From: Alphaproteobacteria bacterium
GTDB lineage: Bacteria; Pseudomonadota; Alphaproteobacteria; Bin95
NCBI GenBank assembly: GCA_965205265.1
Contig: CBDBGH010000003.1
Span: 1,728,001-1,792,000 of the forward strand
Length of the DNA stretch: 64,000 nucleotides
Direction: 5' to 3'
A program made the translations under genes and the position numbers. Position 1 is the stretch's first letter; each line of letters opens with the position of its first letter. Below are positions 16,507-25,278 of the stretch, piece by piece. The notes below the pieces were generated by a model. It saw nothing but the letters and a program-made list of their open reading frames with translations. It ran no database searches and had not been told where the DNA came from.

Positions 16507-18357
16507 CTACAGGCCGTAATAGAACGGGAGCATCAGGCTGGCCGTCGCCCAGACGAAGAGCAGCATCGGCAGGCCGGCGCGCACATAGTCCTGGAAGCGG
16601 TATCCTGCCGGGCCCATCACGAGCAGGTTGGTCTGGTAGCCCATCGGCGTCGCGAAGGCGCAATTGGCCGCGAACACCACGGCCACCGCGAAGGGCTCCA
16701 CCGGCGCGCCGAGGCCCTGGGCCAGCGAAACGGCAATCGGCGTAAACAGCACCGCCACCGCCTTCGTGCCGACCAGGTTTGCGAGCCCCGCCACCAGCAG
16801 GAAGAAGGCGGACAGCACCACCGATACCGGCGCGCCGGCAAGCGCGCCCGCCAGCAGGTCGGAAAGGATCGCGGCCCCGCCGGTCTCCTGCAGCGCCTTG
16901 CCGAGCGCCAGCGCCGCGGCGATTGTCAGCACGAGATCGGCCCCGACGGCCCGTCCCGCCTGCCGCAGGGTCATCACGCCCGTCGCCAGCATGGCGGCCG
17001 CGCCGACCATCGCGCCGATCACGATGGGCAGGATGTCCAGGGCCGCCAGCCCGACCACGACGGCGAAGATCGCAAGCGCGCGCCTGGCCTCGGGAGCCGA
17101 CGGCACCTCGCTTGCCGACCACTCGATCGGCAGGATGCCGGGGCGGCCCCGCAGCGCCGCTTTCGCCTCCGCCGTGCCCTGCACCAGGAGCACGTCGCCG
17201 GCGGCGAGCGGCAGGTCTGTGATCGGCCCGTGCCGGCGGGCCGCCCGGCGCTGCACGCCGACCACGACGCAGTTGTAGCGGTAGCGGAAGCCGATCTGCT
17301 CCAGCGTGCGGCCGATCAGCTCCGAGCCCGGCGTCACCAGCACCTCGCCGAGGAGCTGGCGCCCGCGCAGCCAGGGCGGCCTGCCATGCGTCTCGTCCTC
17401 GCGCGCCGCCCAGCTGTCGCCGAGCGAGGGATGCAGCAGGTCCATCTCGCCGCGAACGGCATCGGTCAGCGCCTGCCGCGTGGCGCTCACGATCAGGATG
17501 TCGCCCGGCCTGAGGGCCGCGTCGTCGCCGAAGGGCGGCAGCAGGCGCGCCTCGCCGCGCCGGATCGCATGGACCGTTACATCGGCAAGGTCCGGGAAGA
17601 AGCCGCCGACGGGCATCGACCCGTCGAGAGGCCGGCCCGCGACCACGTCGATCTGCGCGAGGAACTGCCGGCCGGTCGCAAGCCCCTGGCTTCCGGCAGT
17701 GCTGCGCTCCGGCAGCAGGCGGCGCACGACCAGAAGCGCGAACACCAGGCCGGGCAAGGCCACGGCGAGGCCCGGCAAGGTGAAATCGAAGAAGCCGAAG
17801 CCCGGTTGGCCGAGGTCGGTCAGCATGCCGGAAACCAGCAGATTGGTGCTGGAGCCGATCAGGGTCGTCATGCCGCCGAGGATCGAGGCGAAGCTGAGCA
17901 CCATCATCGACCGGCTGGGCGGCGCGCCGCCGCGGCTCGCGAAGGTCTGGAGGATCGGGATGAAGATGACGACGACCGGCGTGTTGTTGAGCACGCCGCT
18001 GATGAGCAGCACCGCTAGCAGGGACGCGACCAGCGCGGTTTCCGACCGGCCGCCCGCGATCCTGAGAAGCGCCCGCGCTCCCTGGTCGAGCGCGCCCGTT
18101 TGCGCCAGCCCCTGCCCCATCACGATCAGTCCGAGCAGCGCCAGCAGGGCAGGATTGGCGAAGCCGGCAAGCAGGGATTCCGGCCCGAGGAGATTGCCGC
18201 CGTCCGGCCCCCTCTCCGGAAAGGCGTGGAATGCCAGCAGAAGCAGGCAAACCACGAAGAGCGAGGAGAATTCGAGCGGCAGCCTGGGCGTGGCATAGAG
18301 CGCCAGCGCCACCGCTATGGCCCCGAAGGCCAGAACCGGACCGAGTTCGCCTTCCAT
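16507..18357 (-). CDS. SLC13/DASS family permease with TrkA-C domains
   Basis: NNTPVV, LGG..TLIGSSTNL, soluble TrkA-C region, FATPMGYQTNL.V.GP..Y.F.DY. Confidence 0.9.
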   Translation of the reverse strand: MEGELGPVLAFGAIAVALALYATPRLPLEFSSLFVVCLLLLAFHAFPERGPDGGNLLGPESLLAGFANPALLALLGLIVMGQGLAQTGALDQGARALLRIAGGRSETALVASLLAVLLISGVLNNTPVVVIFIPILQTFASRGGAPPSRSMMVLSFASILGGMTTLIGSSTNLLVSGMLTDLGQPGFGFFDFTLPGLAVALPGLVFALLVVRRLLPERSTAGSQGLATGRQFLAQIDVVAGRPLDGSMPVGGFFPDLADVTVHAIRRGEARLLPPFGDDAALRPGDILIVSATRQALTDAVRGEMDLLHPSLGDSWAAREDETHGRPPWLRGRQLLGEVLVTPGSELIGRTLEQIGFRYRYNCVVVGVQRRAARRHGPITDLPLAAGDVLLVQGTAEAKAALRGRPGILPIEWSASEVPSAPEARRALAIFAVVVGLAALDILPIVIGAMVGAAAMLATGVMTLRQAGRAVGADLVLTIAAALALGKALQETGGAAILSDLLAGALAGAPVSVVLSAFFLLVAGLANLVGTKAVAVLFTPIAVSLAQGLGAPVEPFAVAVVFAANCAFATPMGYQTNLLVMGPAGYRFQDYVRAGLPMLLFVWATASLMLPFYYGL

Positions 18358-18386
18358 CTACAGAGGCGCCCCGTCCCGCCGGACTG

Positions 18387-19163
18387 TCAGCGCCGCGCCA
18401 CCATGAGCTTCTTGATCTCGGCGATCGCCTTGGCCGGATTGAGGCCCTTGGGGCAGGTCTTGGTGCAGTTCATGATGGTATGGCAGCGGTAGAGCCGGAA
18501 CGGGTCCTGCAGGTCGTCGAGGCGCTCGCCCGTCATCTCGTCGCGGCTGTCGGCGATCCAGCGATAGGCCTGGAGCAGCACCGCCGGCCCCAGATAGCGC
18601 TCGCCGCTCCACCAGTAGCTCGGGCAGCTCGTGGCACAGCAGAAGCAGAGGATGCATTCCCAGAGCCCGTCGAGCCGGGCGCGGTCCTCTTCGGACTGGA
18701 GGCGCTCACGCTCCGGCGGCGCGCTTACCGTCTTGAGCCAGGGCTCGACGGAAGCGAGCTGCGCATAGGCCTGGTTCAGGTCCGGCACGAGGTCCTTGAC
18801 CACATGCAGATGCGGCAGCGGGTAGATCTTCACGTCGCCGCGGATATCGCCGATGGCCTGGGTGCAGGCGAGCGTGTTGGTCCCGTCGATGTTCATGGCG
18901 CAGGACCCGCAGATCCCCTCGCGGCAGGACCGGCGGAAGGTGAGCGTGGAATCGACCTCGTTCTTGATCTTGATGAGCGCGTCCAGGACCATCGGACCGC
19001 AGTCGTCCATGTCGAGGTCGTAGCTATCCATACGAGGGTTGCCGCCCTCGTCCGGAGACCAGCGATAGACCTTGAAGCGCCGCGTCTTCCCGGCGCCGGC
19101 GGGCGCAGGCCAGGTCTTGCCGGCGCCGACCCTGGAGTTCTTCGGCAGGGTGAGCTGGGCCAT
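18387..19163 (-). CDS. sdhB: Succinate dehydrogenase iron-sulfur subunit
   Basis: [36 protein letters not shown]. Confidence 0.98.
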   Translation of the reverse strand: MAQLTLPKNSRVGAGKTWPAPAGAGKTRRFKVYRWSPDEGGNPRMDSYDLDMDDCGPMVLDALIKIKNEVDSTLTFRRSCREGICGSCAMNIDGTNTLACTQAIGDIRGDVKIYPLPHLHVVKDLVPDLNQAYAQLASVEPWLKTVSAPPERERLQSEEDRARLDGLWECILCFCCATSCPSYWWSGERYLGPAVLLQAYRWIADSRDEMTGERLDDLQDPFRLYRCHTIMNCTKTCPKGLNPAKAIAEIKKLMVARR

Positions 19164-19181
19164 GGTCGTTGCCGTTCCTCG

Positions 19182-20984
19182 TCAGTAAACGCGCTCGACG
19201 GGCGGGATGTAGTCCACCTCGCCGGTCAGGGTGTAGTCATGCACGGGGCGGTAGGAGAGCGCTACTTTCAGATCGTCGTCGCACCGCGCGAGCGTGTGGA
19301 CCATCCAGTTCTCGTCGTCGCGGTCCGGCAGGTCCTCGCGGGCATGGGCGCCGCGGCTTTCCTTGCGCGCTTCGGCGGAGAACATGGTGGACATGGAGCA
19401 GACCATCAGGTTCTCCAGCTCCAGCGCCTCGACGAGGTCCGAGTTCCAGATCATCGAGCGGTCGGAGAGCCCGATGTCGGCGAGGCTGGCGGCGGACTGG
19501 TCCATCTGGCGGCAGCCTTCCTCCAGCACCTCCGCGTCCCGGAACACGGCGGCGTTGTTCTGCATGATGCGCTGCATGCCGCTGCGGATTTCGCCGGTCA
19601 TGAGCGAGCCCGAGGCATGGCGCAGGCGGTCGAGCCTGGCGAGCGGCCGGTCGGCCGCATCCGCGGGCGCGTCCGGCACCGCGCCCGGGCCGTCCACCGT
19701 CTCGGCCGCGCGCAGGCCCGCCGCGCGCCCGAACACGACCAGGTCGAGCAGCGAGTTGCAGCCGAGCCGGTTCGCGCCATGCACGGAGACGGACGCGCAT
19801 TCGCCGACCGCCATCAGCCCCGGCACGACCCTGTCCGGCTCGTCGGCGGTCGGGCTCAGCACCTCGCCGTGATAGTTGGTGGGGATGCCGCCCATATTGT
19901 AGTGGACCGTCGGCAGCACCGGGATCGGCTCGCGGGAGGCATCGACGCCGGCGAAGATGCGCGCCGTCTCGGTGATGCCGGGCAGCCGGCGCTGGAGCAC
20001 GTCTGCGCCCAGATGCTCCAGATGCAGGAAGATATGGTCGTTGCCCGCGCCCACGCCGCGGCCTTCCAGGATTTCGATGGTCATGGAGCGGGAGACGACA
20101 TCGCGCGAGGCGAGGTCGCGCGCGGTCGGCGCATAGCGCTCCATGAAGCGCTCGCCCTCGGAATTGGTGAGATAGCCGCCCTCGCCGCGCGCGCCCTCGG
20201 TGATGAGGCAGCCGGCACCGTAAATTCCGGTCGGGTGGAACTGCACGAACTCCATGTCCTGGTTCGGCAGGCCCGCGCGGGCGATCATCCCGTTGCCGTC
20301 GCCGGTGCAGGTATGGGCCGAGGTGCAGGAGAAATAGGAGCGCCCGTAGCCGCCGGTCGCAAGGATGACAAGCTTCGCCCGGAAGCAGTGGATCGTGCCG
20401 TCGTCGAGGTTCCAGGCGATGACGCCCCGGCAGTCGCCCTCCGGCCCCATGACCAGATCGAGCGCGAAATACTCGACGAAGAACTCGGCCGCGTGCCGCA
20501 GGCTCTGCTGGTAAAGCGTGTGCAGCAGCGCATGGCCCGTCCGGTCGGCGGCCGCGCAGGCGCGCTGGGCCGGGCTCTCGCCCCAGTTTTTCATGTGCCC
20601 GCCGAAGGGCCGCTGGTAGATCCTGCCTTCCGGCGTGCGGGAGAAGGGCATGCCGAAATGTTCGAGCTCGATCACCGCCGGCACGGCGTTGCGGCACATA
20701 TATTCGATGGCGTCCTGGTCGCCGAGCCAGTCCGCGCCCTTCACCGTGTCGTACATGTGCCAGCGCCAGTCGTCCTCGCTCATGTTCGCGAGGCTGGCGG
20801 CGATGCCGCCCTGCGCGGCGACGGTATGGCTGCGGGTCGGGAACACCTTGGTGACGCAGGCGGTCTTCAGCCCGGCCTGGACGCATCCGAGCGTCGCGCG
20901 CAGGCCCGAGCCGCCGCCGCCGACAACGACGACATCGTAGCTGTGGTCGGTCACCTCATATGCGGGTTTGCCGTTAGCGGTCAT
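19182..20984 (-). CDS. sdhA: Succinate dehydrogenase flavoprotein subunit
   Basis: [32 protein letters not shown]. Confidence 0.98.
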   Translation of the reverse strand: MTANGKPAYEVTDHSYDVVVVGGGGSGLRATLGCVQAGLKTACVTKVFPTRSHTVAAQGGIAASLANMSEDDWRWHMYDTVKGADWLGDQDAIEYMCRNAVPAVIELEHFGMPFSRTPEGRIYQRPFGGHMKNWGESPAQRACAAADRTGHALLHTLYQQSLRHAAEFFVEYFALDLVMGPEGDCRGVIAWNLDDGTIHCFRAKLVILATGGYGRSYFSCTSAHTCTGDGNGMIARAGLPNQDMEFVQFHPTGIYGAGCLITEGARGEGGYLTNSEGERFMERYAPTARDLASRDVVSRSMTIEILEGRGVGAGNDHIFLHLEHLGADVLQRRLPGITETARIFAGVDASREPIPVLPTVHYNMGGIPTNYHGEVLSPTADEPDRVVPGLMAVGECASVSVHGANRLGCNSLLDLVVFGRAAGLRAAETVDGPGAVPDAPADAADRPLARLDRLRHASGSLMTGEIRSGMQRIMQNNAAVFRDAEVLEEGCRQMDQSAASLADIGLSDRSMIWNSDLVEALELENLMVCSMSTMFSAEARKESRGAHAREDLPDRDDENWMVHTLARCDDDLKVALSYRPVHDYTLTGEVDYIPPVERVY

Positions 20985-20993
20985 GGGGGCGCC

Positions 20994-21374
20994 TCAGCCT
21001 CCGAGAGCGATCTTGAGGGTGGCGAAGGCGCAAGCGGCGGCAAGCGCCCAGCATGCGCCCTTGACGGCCACGATGGCGGCGACCCGCCGGCCTTCCCTGG
21101 AAATGTAGTCTTCCAGCACAACCTGCAGGCCGAGCGCGGCGTGGTGGAAACCGGCGACCGTGAACAGCAGCATGGCGACGGCGTTGAAGGGCGAGGCGAG
21201 CCATTCCGCGAACGTGCCGTGTTCGGCGCCAGCGAGCCGGATGACCGAGACCGCGAACCAGACGCTGAGCGGCACCAGCGCCAGCGCCGTCATGCGCTGC
21301 GCCCACCAGTGGGCCGCGCCCTCCCGCGCGGCGCCCAGGCCGCGCACGGCCTTGGCGGATGTCCTGAATTCCAT
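20994..21374 (-). CDS. sdhD: Succinate dehydrogenase membrane anchor
   Basis: RGLG.A.EG..HWW.QR, H..LG.QVVLEDY. Confidence 0.95.
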   Translation of the reverse strand: MEFRTSAKAVRGLGAAREGAAHWWAQRMTALALVPLSVWFAVSVIRLAGAEHGTFAEWLASPFNAVAMLLFTVAGFHHAALGLQVVLEDYISREGRRVAAIVAVKGACWALAAACAFATLKIALGG

Positions 21375-21391
21375 GGGCCCCGCCTCCCCGC

Positions 21392-21775
21392 TCAGCCCGC
21401 GCAGGCCCAGACCCAGGCGCCCGCCGTCAGCACGACCGCCGCCGCAACGACCGCCCAGCCGGAGCGATAGGCCTGGTCCAGCTCCAGCCCCATGCCCGCA
21501 TCCCAAAACAAGTGCCTGATTCCGTTGCAGAGATGGTAGAAGAGCGCAAAGGAAAAGCCCGCCAGGACGATGATGCCCAGGGCTGAGCCGAAGAAGGCCT
21601 GCGCGGTGCCGTAGGCGTCCGGACCCGAGGCGGCGGCCAGCAGCCACCAGGCGAAGAACGCCGCGCCCACGCCCAGCGCAATCCCGGCGCCGCGATGGGC
21701 GATGGAAAGCACGGAGGTGAGTTGCGGGCGGTAAATCTGGAGATGCGGCGACAGCGGCCGGTTGTCGGATGCCAT
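21392..21775 (-). CDS. sdhC: Succinate dehydrogenase cytochrome b556 subunit
   Basis: NRPLSPHLQIY, SI.HR, YH..NGIRHLFWD. Confidence 0.96.
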   Translation of the reverse strand: MASDNRPLSPHLQIYRPQLTSVLSIAHRGAGIALGVGAAFFAWWLLAAASGPDAYGTAQAFFGSALGIIVLAGFSFALFYHLCNGIRHLFWDAGMGLELDQAYRSGWAVVAAAVVLTAGAWVWACAG

Positions 21776-22048
21776 GGAAAAAGCCTGTCTCACGCGCAAC
21801 GAAAGGCTCCGGTCTCCCTAGTCCCGGACAAGGGCGCTGTCAATCGGAGCGGCGCCGACCGTGTCGAAACAGGACGAGGACAGGCAAACATCCGGTTTGA
21901 GGCAGGCCCCCGAACACTCGGCGCCCTGTCCGTTGTATCCGGACCGGACGGCAACGGGTTCGGCGCACCTCCCGGCGCAGGCCGCGGCGTATGCTAGGCT
22001 GAGCGGGAGCCGGGAACGGCGGCGGTCGTCGAAGGAGGGTGGCGGACA

Positions 22049-22420
22049 TTGGCGGAAAAGCCGTTCGAGCTTTACGACCTCAAGGTGGAGGTGGTTGCCG
22101 GCGACAGGCCGATGATCTGCAACCACCCCGAGGGAGCCTATTTCACGGTGGAGGGCGAGAACCTCGTCTTTCCCGGCACCGACCGGTTCCCGATGTTTCC
22201 GCTTGCTGCGATCCTGCCCCTGCTGCCTGCAAAGCAGCGGGTCACGGACGAAAACGACTGGATGACGACGGATTCCGAGGTCGCCTGCCCGGACCCGCAT
22301 TGCGGCGGGCGCTTCCGCATAACGCGCCTGGGCAGGCGCCGCTTCGACCATGCGGAAACCACCGGCCTTCCGGAGGCGCGAGGCACGCCCTACTGGCGCA
22401 AGGGCGGGACTCGTGGTTAG
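22049..22420 (+). CDS. TIGR04076 family protein
   Basis: FELYDLKVEV, C.H..G.YF...GENL, LPLLPAKQR, ACPDP.CG; TTG start after GGAGG. Confidence 0.75.
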   Translation: MAEKPFELYDLKVEVVAGDRPMICNHPEGAYFTVEGENLVFPGTDRFPMFPLAAILPLLPAKQRVTDENDWMTTDSEVACPDPHCGGRFRITRLGRRRFDHAETTGLPEARGTPYWRKGGTRG

Positions 22421-23462
22421 GCCGGTATCGCTTCGGCCGGGCTACGAGTTCGCGCCCGTCATAAAAGGCGGCTGGCAACTGGCGGGCGACCACGGCCCCG
22501 TCGACCGCGCACGGGCGGTCGCCGACATGGAACGCTTCCTCGACGCCGGCATCACCGCCTTCGACTGCGCCGACATCTATGTCGGCGTGGAGGAGATGAT
22601 CGGCGACTTCATCGAGCGCCTGCGCCGGAACCGCGGCCCGGAGGCGGCCGATGCAGTCAAGGTGCACACCAAGCTGGTGCCCGACTTCGACCGGCTGCAG
22701 ACGATCTCGCCCGCCGGCATCGAGGCGATCGTCGACAGGTCGCTGAAACGGCTGCACCTGCAGCAATTGCCGCTGGTCCAGTTCTACTGGTGGGACCTGA
22801 CGCGCGGCCGTCCCTACGAGGTCCTGTCCTACCTGAAGGACATTCAGCAAAAGGGAAAGATCGGACTGCTCGGCGTCAGCAACTGGAGCGAAGCGGCGAT
22901 GCAGCCCTTCATCGATGCGGGTTTCGATCTCGTTTCGACGCAGGTCCAGTATTCCCTGCTCGACAACCGGCCGGCGGGCGCCTTCTCGCACTGGTGCGCC
23001 GGGAACCGCATGAAGATACTGTGTTACGGAACGCTTGCCGGCGGCTTCCTGACCGAGCGGTGGCTCGGCGCCGGCGATCCGGGGTACGAATTCGCCAACC
23101 GCTCGCTGGTCAAATACCGGCTCATCATCGACGAGTTCGGCGGTTGGGCGCTGTTCCAGCAGCTGATGCAGGCGCTCGCGGCGGTCGCCCGGAAGCACGG
23201 GGCGACCATCGGCGCAATTGCCGCCCGCTGGGTGCTGGACCGGCCGCAGGTCGGCGCCGTCATCATCGGCGCACGCACGGCCGGCCGCCTTGCAGAGACG
23301 GTATCCATCTTCGACCTGAAGCTCGACCGGGAAGACCGCCTCGCCATCGACGCCGTGCTTGCGCAGCGCCGCGGTCCGAACGGCAGGGTCTACGAACTCG
23401 AGGGCGACAGGACCGGCCGCCACGGCCGAATCATGAAATACAATCTCGGGCGCGCGCAGTAA
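22413..23462 (+). CDS. Aldo/keto reductase
   Basis: G.WQL, FDCADIY, TK, SL.RL, GVSN, QVQYSLLD, YGTLAGG; start uncertain (GTG 22413). Confidence 0.9.
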   Translation: MVRPVSLRPGYEFAPVIKGGWQLAGDHGPVDRARAVADMERFLDAGITAFDCADIYVGVEEMIGDFIERLRRNRGPEAADAVKVHTKLVPDFDRLQTISPAGIEAIVDRSLKRLHLQQLPLVQFYWWDLTRGRPYEVLSYLKDIQQKGKIGLLGVSNWSEAAMQPFIDAGFDLVSTQVQYSLLDNRPAGAFSHWCAGNRMKILCYGTLAGGFLTERWLGAGDPGYEFANRSLVKYRLIIDEFGGWALFQQLMQALAAVARKHGATIGAIAARWVLDRPQVGAVIIGARTAGRLAETVSIFDLKLDREDRLAIDAVLAQRRGPNGRVYELEGDRTGRHGRIMKYNLGRAQ

Positions 23463-23518
23463 CCGCGCAGATCGCGCGTTACTCGCACCGGGCCCGGTTC
23501 GCCGTTCGGAGCAAAACC

Positions 23519-23773
23519 ATGACCGACGCCGAGTTGCTGGCGCGAATCACGGTCCGCCCGGATGTCTTCGGCGGCAAACCCTTAGTCCGGGACATGCGGA
23601 TTGCGGTCGAGCATGTGCTCGGAATGCTGGCTGCCGGCGACAGTGCGGAAAGGATCCTGGAGGAATATCCCGACCTGACGCCGGAGGATATCCAGGCGTG
23701 CCTCCTGTTTGCCCACCGCTCCATCGCCGGCGACCGGGTCCATGACCGCGTTCCCGTACGCGAAGCTTCGTGA
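23519..23773 (+). CDS. DUF433 family antitoxin
   Basis: RIT..PDV.GGKP.VR..RI.V..VL..LA.G....IL..YP.L..EDI.ACL. Confidence 0.92.
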   Translation: MTDAELLARITVRPDVFGGKPLVRDMRIAVEHVLGMLAAGDSAERILEEYPDLTPEDIQACLLFAHRSIAGDRVHDRVPVREAS

Positions 23774-24163
23774 GGTTCCTGCTCGACGTCTGCGCAGCTT
23801 CGCGAAGCTTGCAGGCAGCGCTGGCGGAACCCATACCAGCGGCGCCGGGTTGCGACACATGGAGAATGCGCCTCGTCGCCTGCCCTCGCGAAAGCGGGGG
23901 GCGCAACGATCCCTTTGTCGTCACCCCGGCCGGAACGGAGCGAAGCGGAGTGGAGAGCCGGGGTCTCCCTGTGGCGTCTCTCCGGCCGCGGGAGGTCCCG
24001 GATCGGCGCTGACGCGCCGTCCGGAACGACGGCAAAGGCTCATGGGTTCTTGCTTGTAGCCGCTGGTACCATAGCGCGGCACGGCGACACGATGATCGAC
24101 GGCGCGATGATCGTCGTATCACGGGATCGGGTGCGGATACGATTCGAACGGGGAAGCGGTTAG
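23770..24163 (+). pseudogene. DUF5615 family PIN-like toxin, disrupted
   Basis: N-terminus MRFLLDVC (GTG overlapping the DUF433 stop) and C-terminus GAMIVVSRDRVRIR lie in different frames, separated by a MITE-like insert; the central part is missing. Confidence 0.7.
23834..24068. mobile_element. MITE-like element carrying REP hairpins
   Basis: Terminal inverted repeats TACCAGCGGC (23834-23843) / GCCGCTGGTA (24059-24068) ending in TA; internal REP-like doublet 23912-24038 and hairpin 23876-23900. Confidence 0.65.
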
Positions 24164-24190
24164 GCCGGGTTTCTTCCCGAAGCGGCGGTT

Positions 24191-25246
24191 TAGAGCATGA
24201 TCTGACCTGATTGAATCGAGGGGGATTCACGGGGCGGAGGATTTGTGATTCAAGATGTCGGCCGGGATGAGGAGGCCGGCTGAGATGTCGAAAGCGCTTT
24301 CCCTTGATCTTCGCAATCGGGTTCTGTCGGCGGTATGTGCGGGCATGAGCCATAGAGCGGCTGGTGCGCGTTTTGGGGTGAGTGCGGCGAGCGTGAGCCG
24401 CTGGCGTGCGCTGGCGCGCGAACAGGGAGACGCGCGCCCGAAGGCGCTTGGCGGGGACCGTCGCTCGGGGCGGATCGAAGCGCAGCGCGATGTGATCCTG
24501 GGTCTTCTTGAGGAGAAGCGGGACATGACCATCGAGGAGTTGCGCGCGGCTCTCGGGGACCGGGGCCTCGCCTTCAGCTACGGGGCGATACAGCGCTTCC
24601 TCGTGCGCCACGCCATCACGCGCAAAAAAAGACCGGCCAGGCGGCGGAGCAGGATCGCCCGGACGTGCTGAGCCGACGGCGCACCTGGCGCGACAGCCAG
24701 CCCGGCCTCGACCCCGACCGGCTGGTGTTCATCGATGAGACAGGGGCCAAGACCAACATGGCCCGCACCCACGGCTGGGCCCCGCGCGGCAAACGTCTGC
24801 GCATGGCCGTCCCTCACGGACACTGGAACACAACCACCTTCGTCGCCGGGCTCACGCCGCGCGGCATGATTGCCCCCTTCGTGCTCTCCGGCGCCATCGA
24901 CCGCGATGCCTTCGAGGCCTACGTCAAAGTGGTCCTCGTCCCCGAACTGAGGCCCGGCGATATCGTCGTCATGGACAACCTCTCAAGCCACAAGGGACCC
25001 AGGGTCCGCAAGATGATCGAAGACGCCGGCGCGCAACTCCTCTTCCTGCCGCCCTATAGTCCTGACTTCAATCCCATCGAACTCGCCTTCGCAAAGCTCA
25101 AGGCAAGGCTACGAAAAGCTGCCGAGAGAACTGTCGACAGCCTCTGGAACACCATCGGACAAATCTCCCAGACCTTCTCACCGCAAGAATGCAAAAACTA
25201 CTTCAATGCCGCAGGATACTCCGCAACATGATCGGATTCCGCTCTA
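24191..25246 (+). mobile_element. IS630 family insertion sequence
   Basis: Imperfect TIRs TAGAGCATGATCTGA / TAGAGCGGAATCCGA (rc), TA at both ends, encloses the transposase. Confidence 0.9.
24285..25231 (+). CDS. IS630 transposase, two ORFs joined by a -1 frameshift
   Basis: ORF1 MSKALSLDLRNRV (HTH). A7 run CGCAAAAAAAGACC at 24621-24634; the -1 frame reads KKTGQAAEQDRPDV...FIDETG...MDNLSSH...LPPYSPDFNPIE. Confidence 0.9.
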
Positions 25247-25266
25247 AGCGACATTTTCGGGAACGC

Positions 25267-25278
25267 TTATCCCCCGTC
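25267..25278 (-). CDS. ppdK: Predicted terminal mini-exon of ppdK (GAC GGG GGA TAA)
   Basis: Follows the intron 3' end directly and gives D-G-G-stop in frame after splicing. Confidence 0.7.
   Translation of the reverse strand, partial: DGG

Noticed and set aside
24285-25231. IS630 transposase as a frameshifted pseudogene
   Set aside because: The break is at an A7 run at the usual IS630 position, and the -1 frame restores KKT..A.EQDRPDV, consistent with programmed frameshifting.
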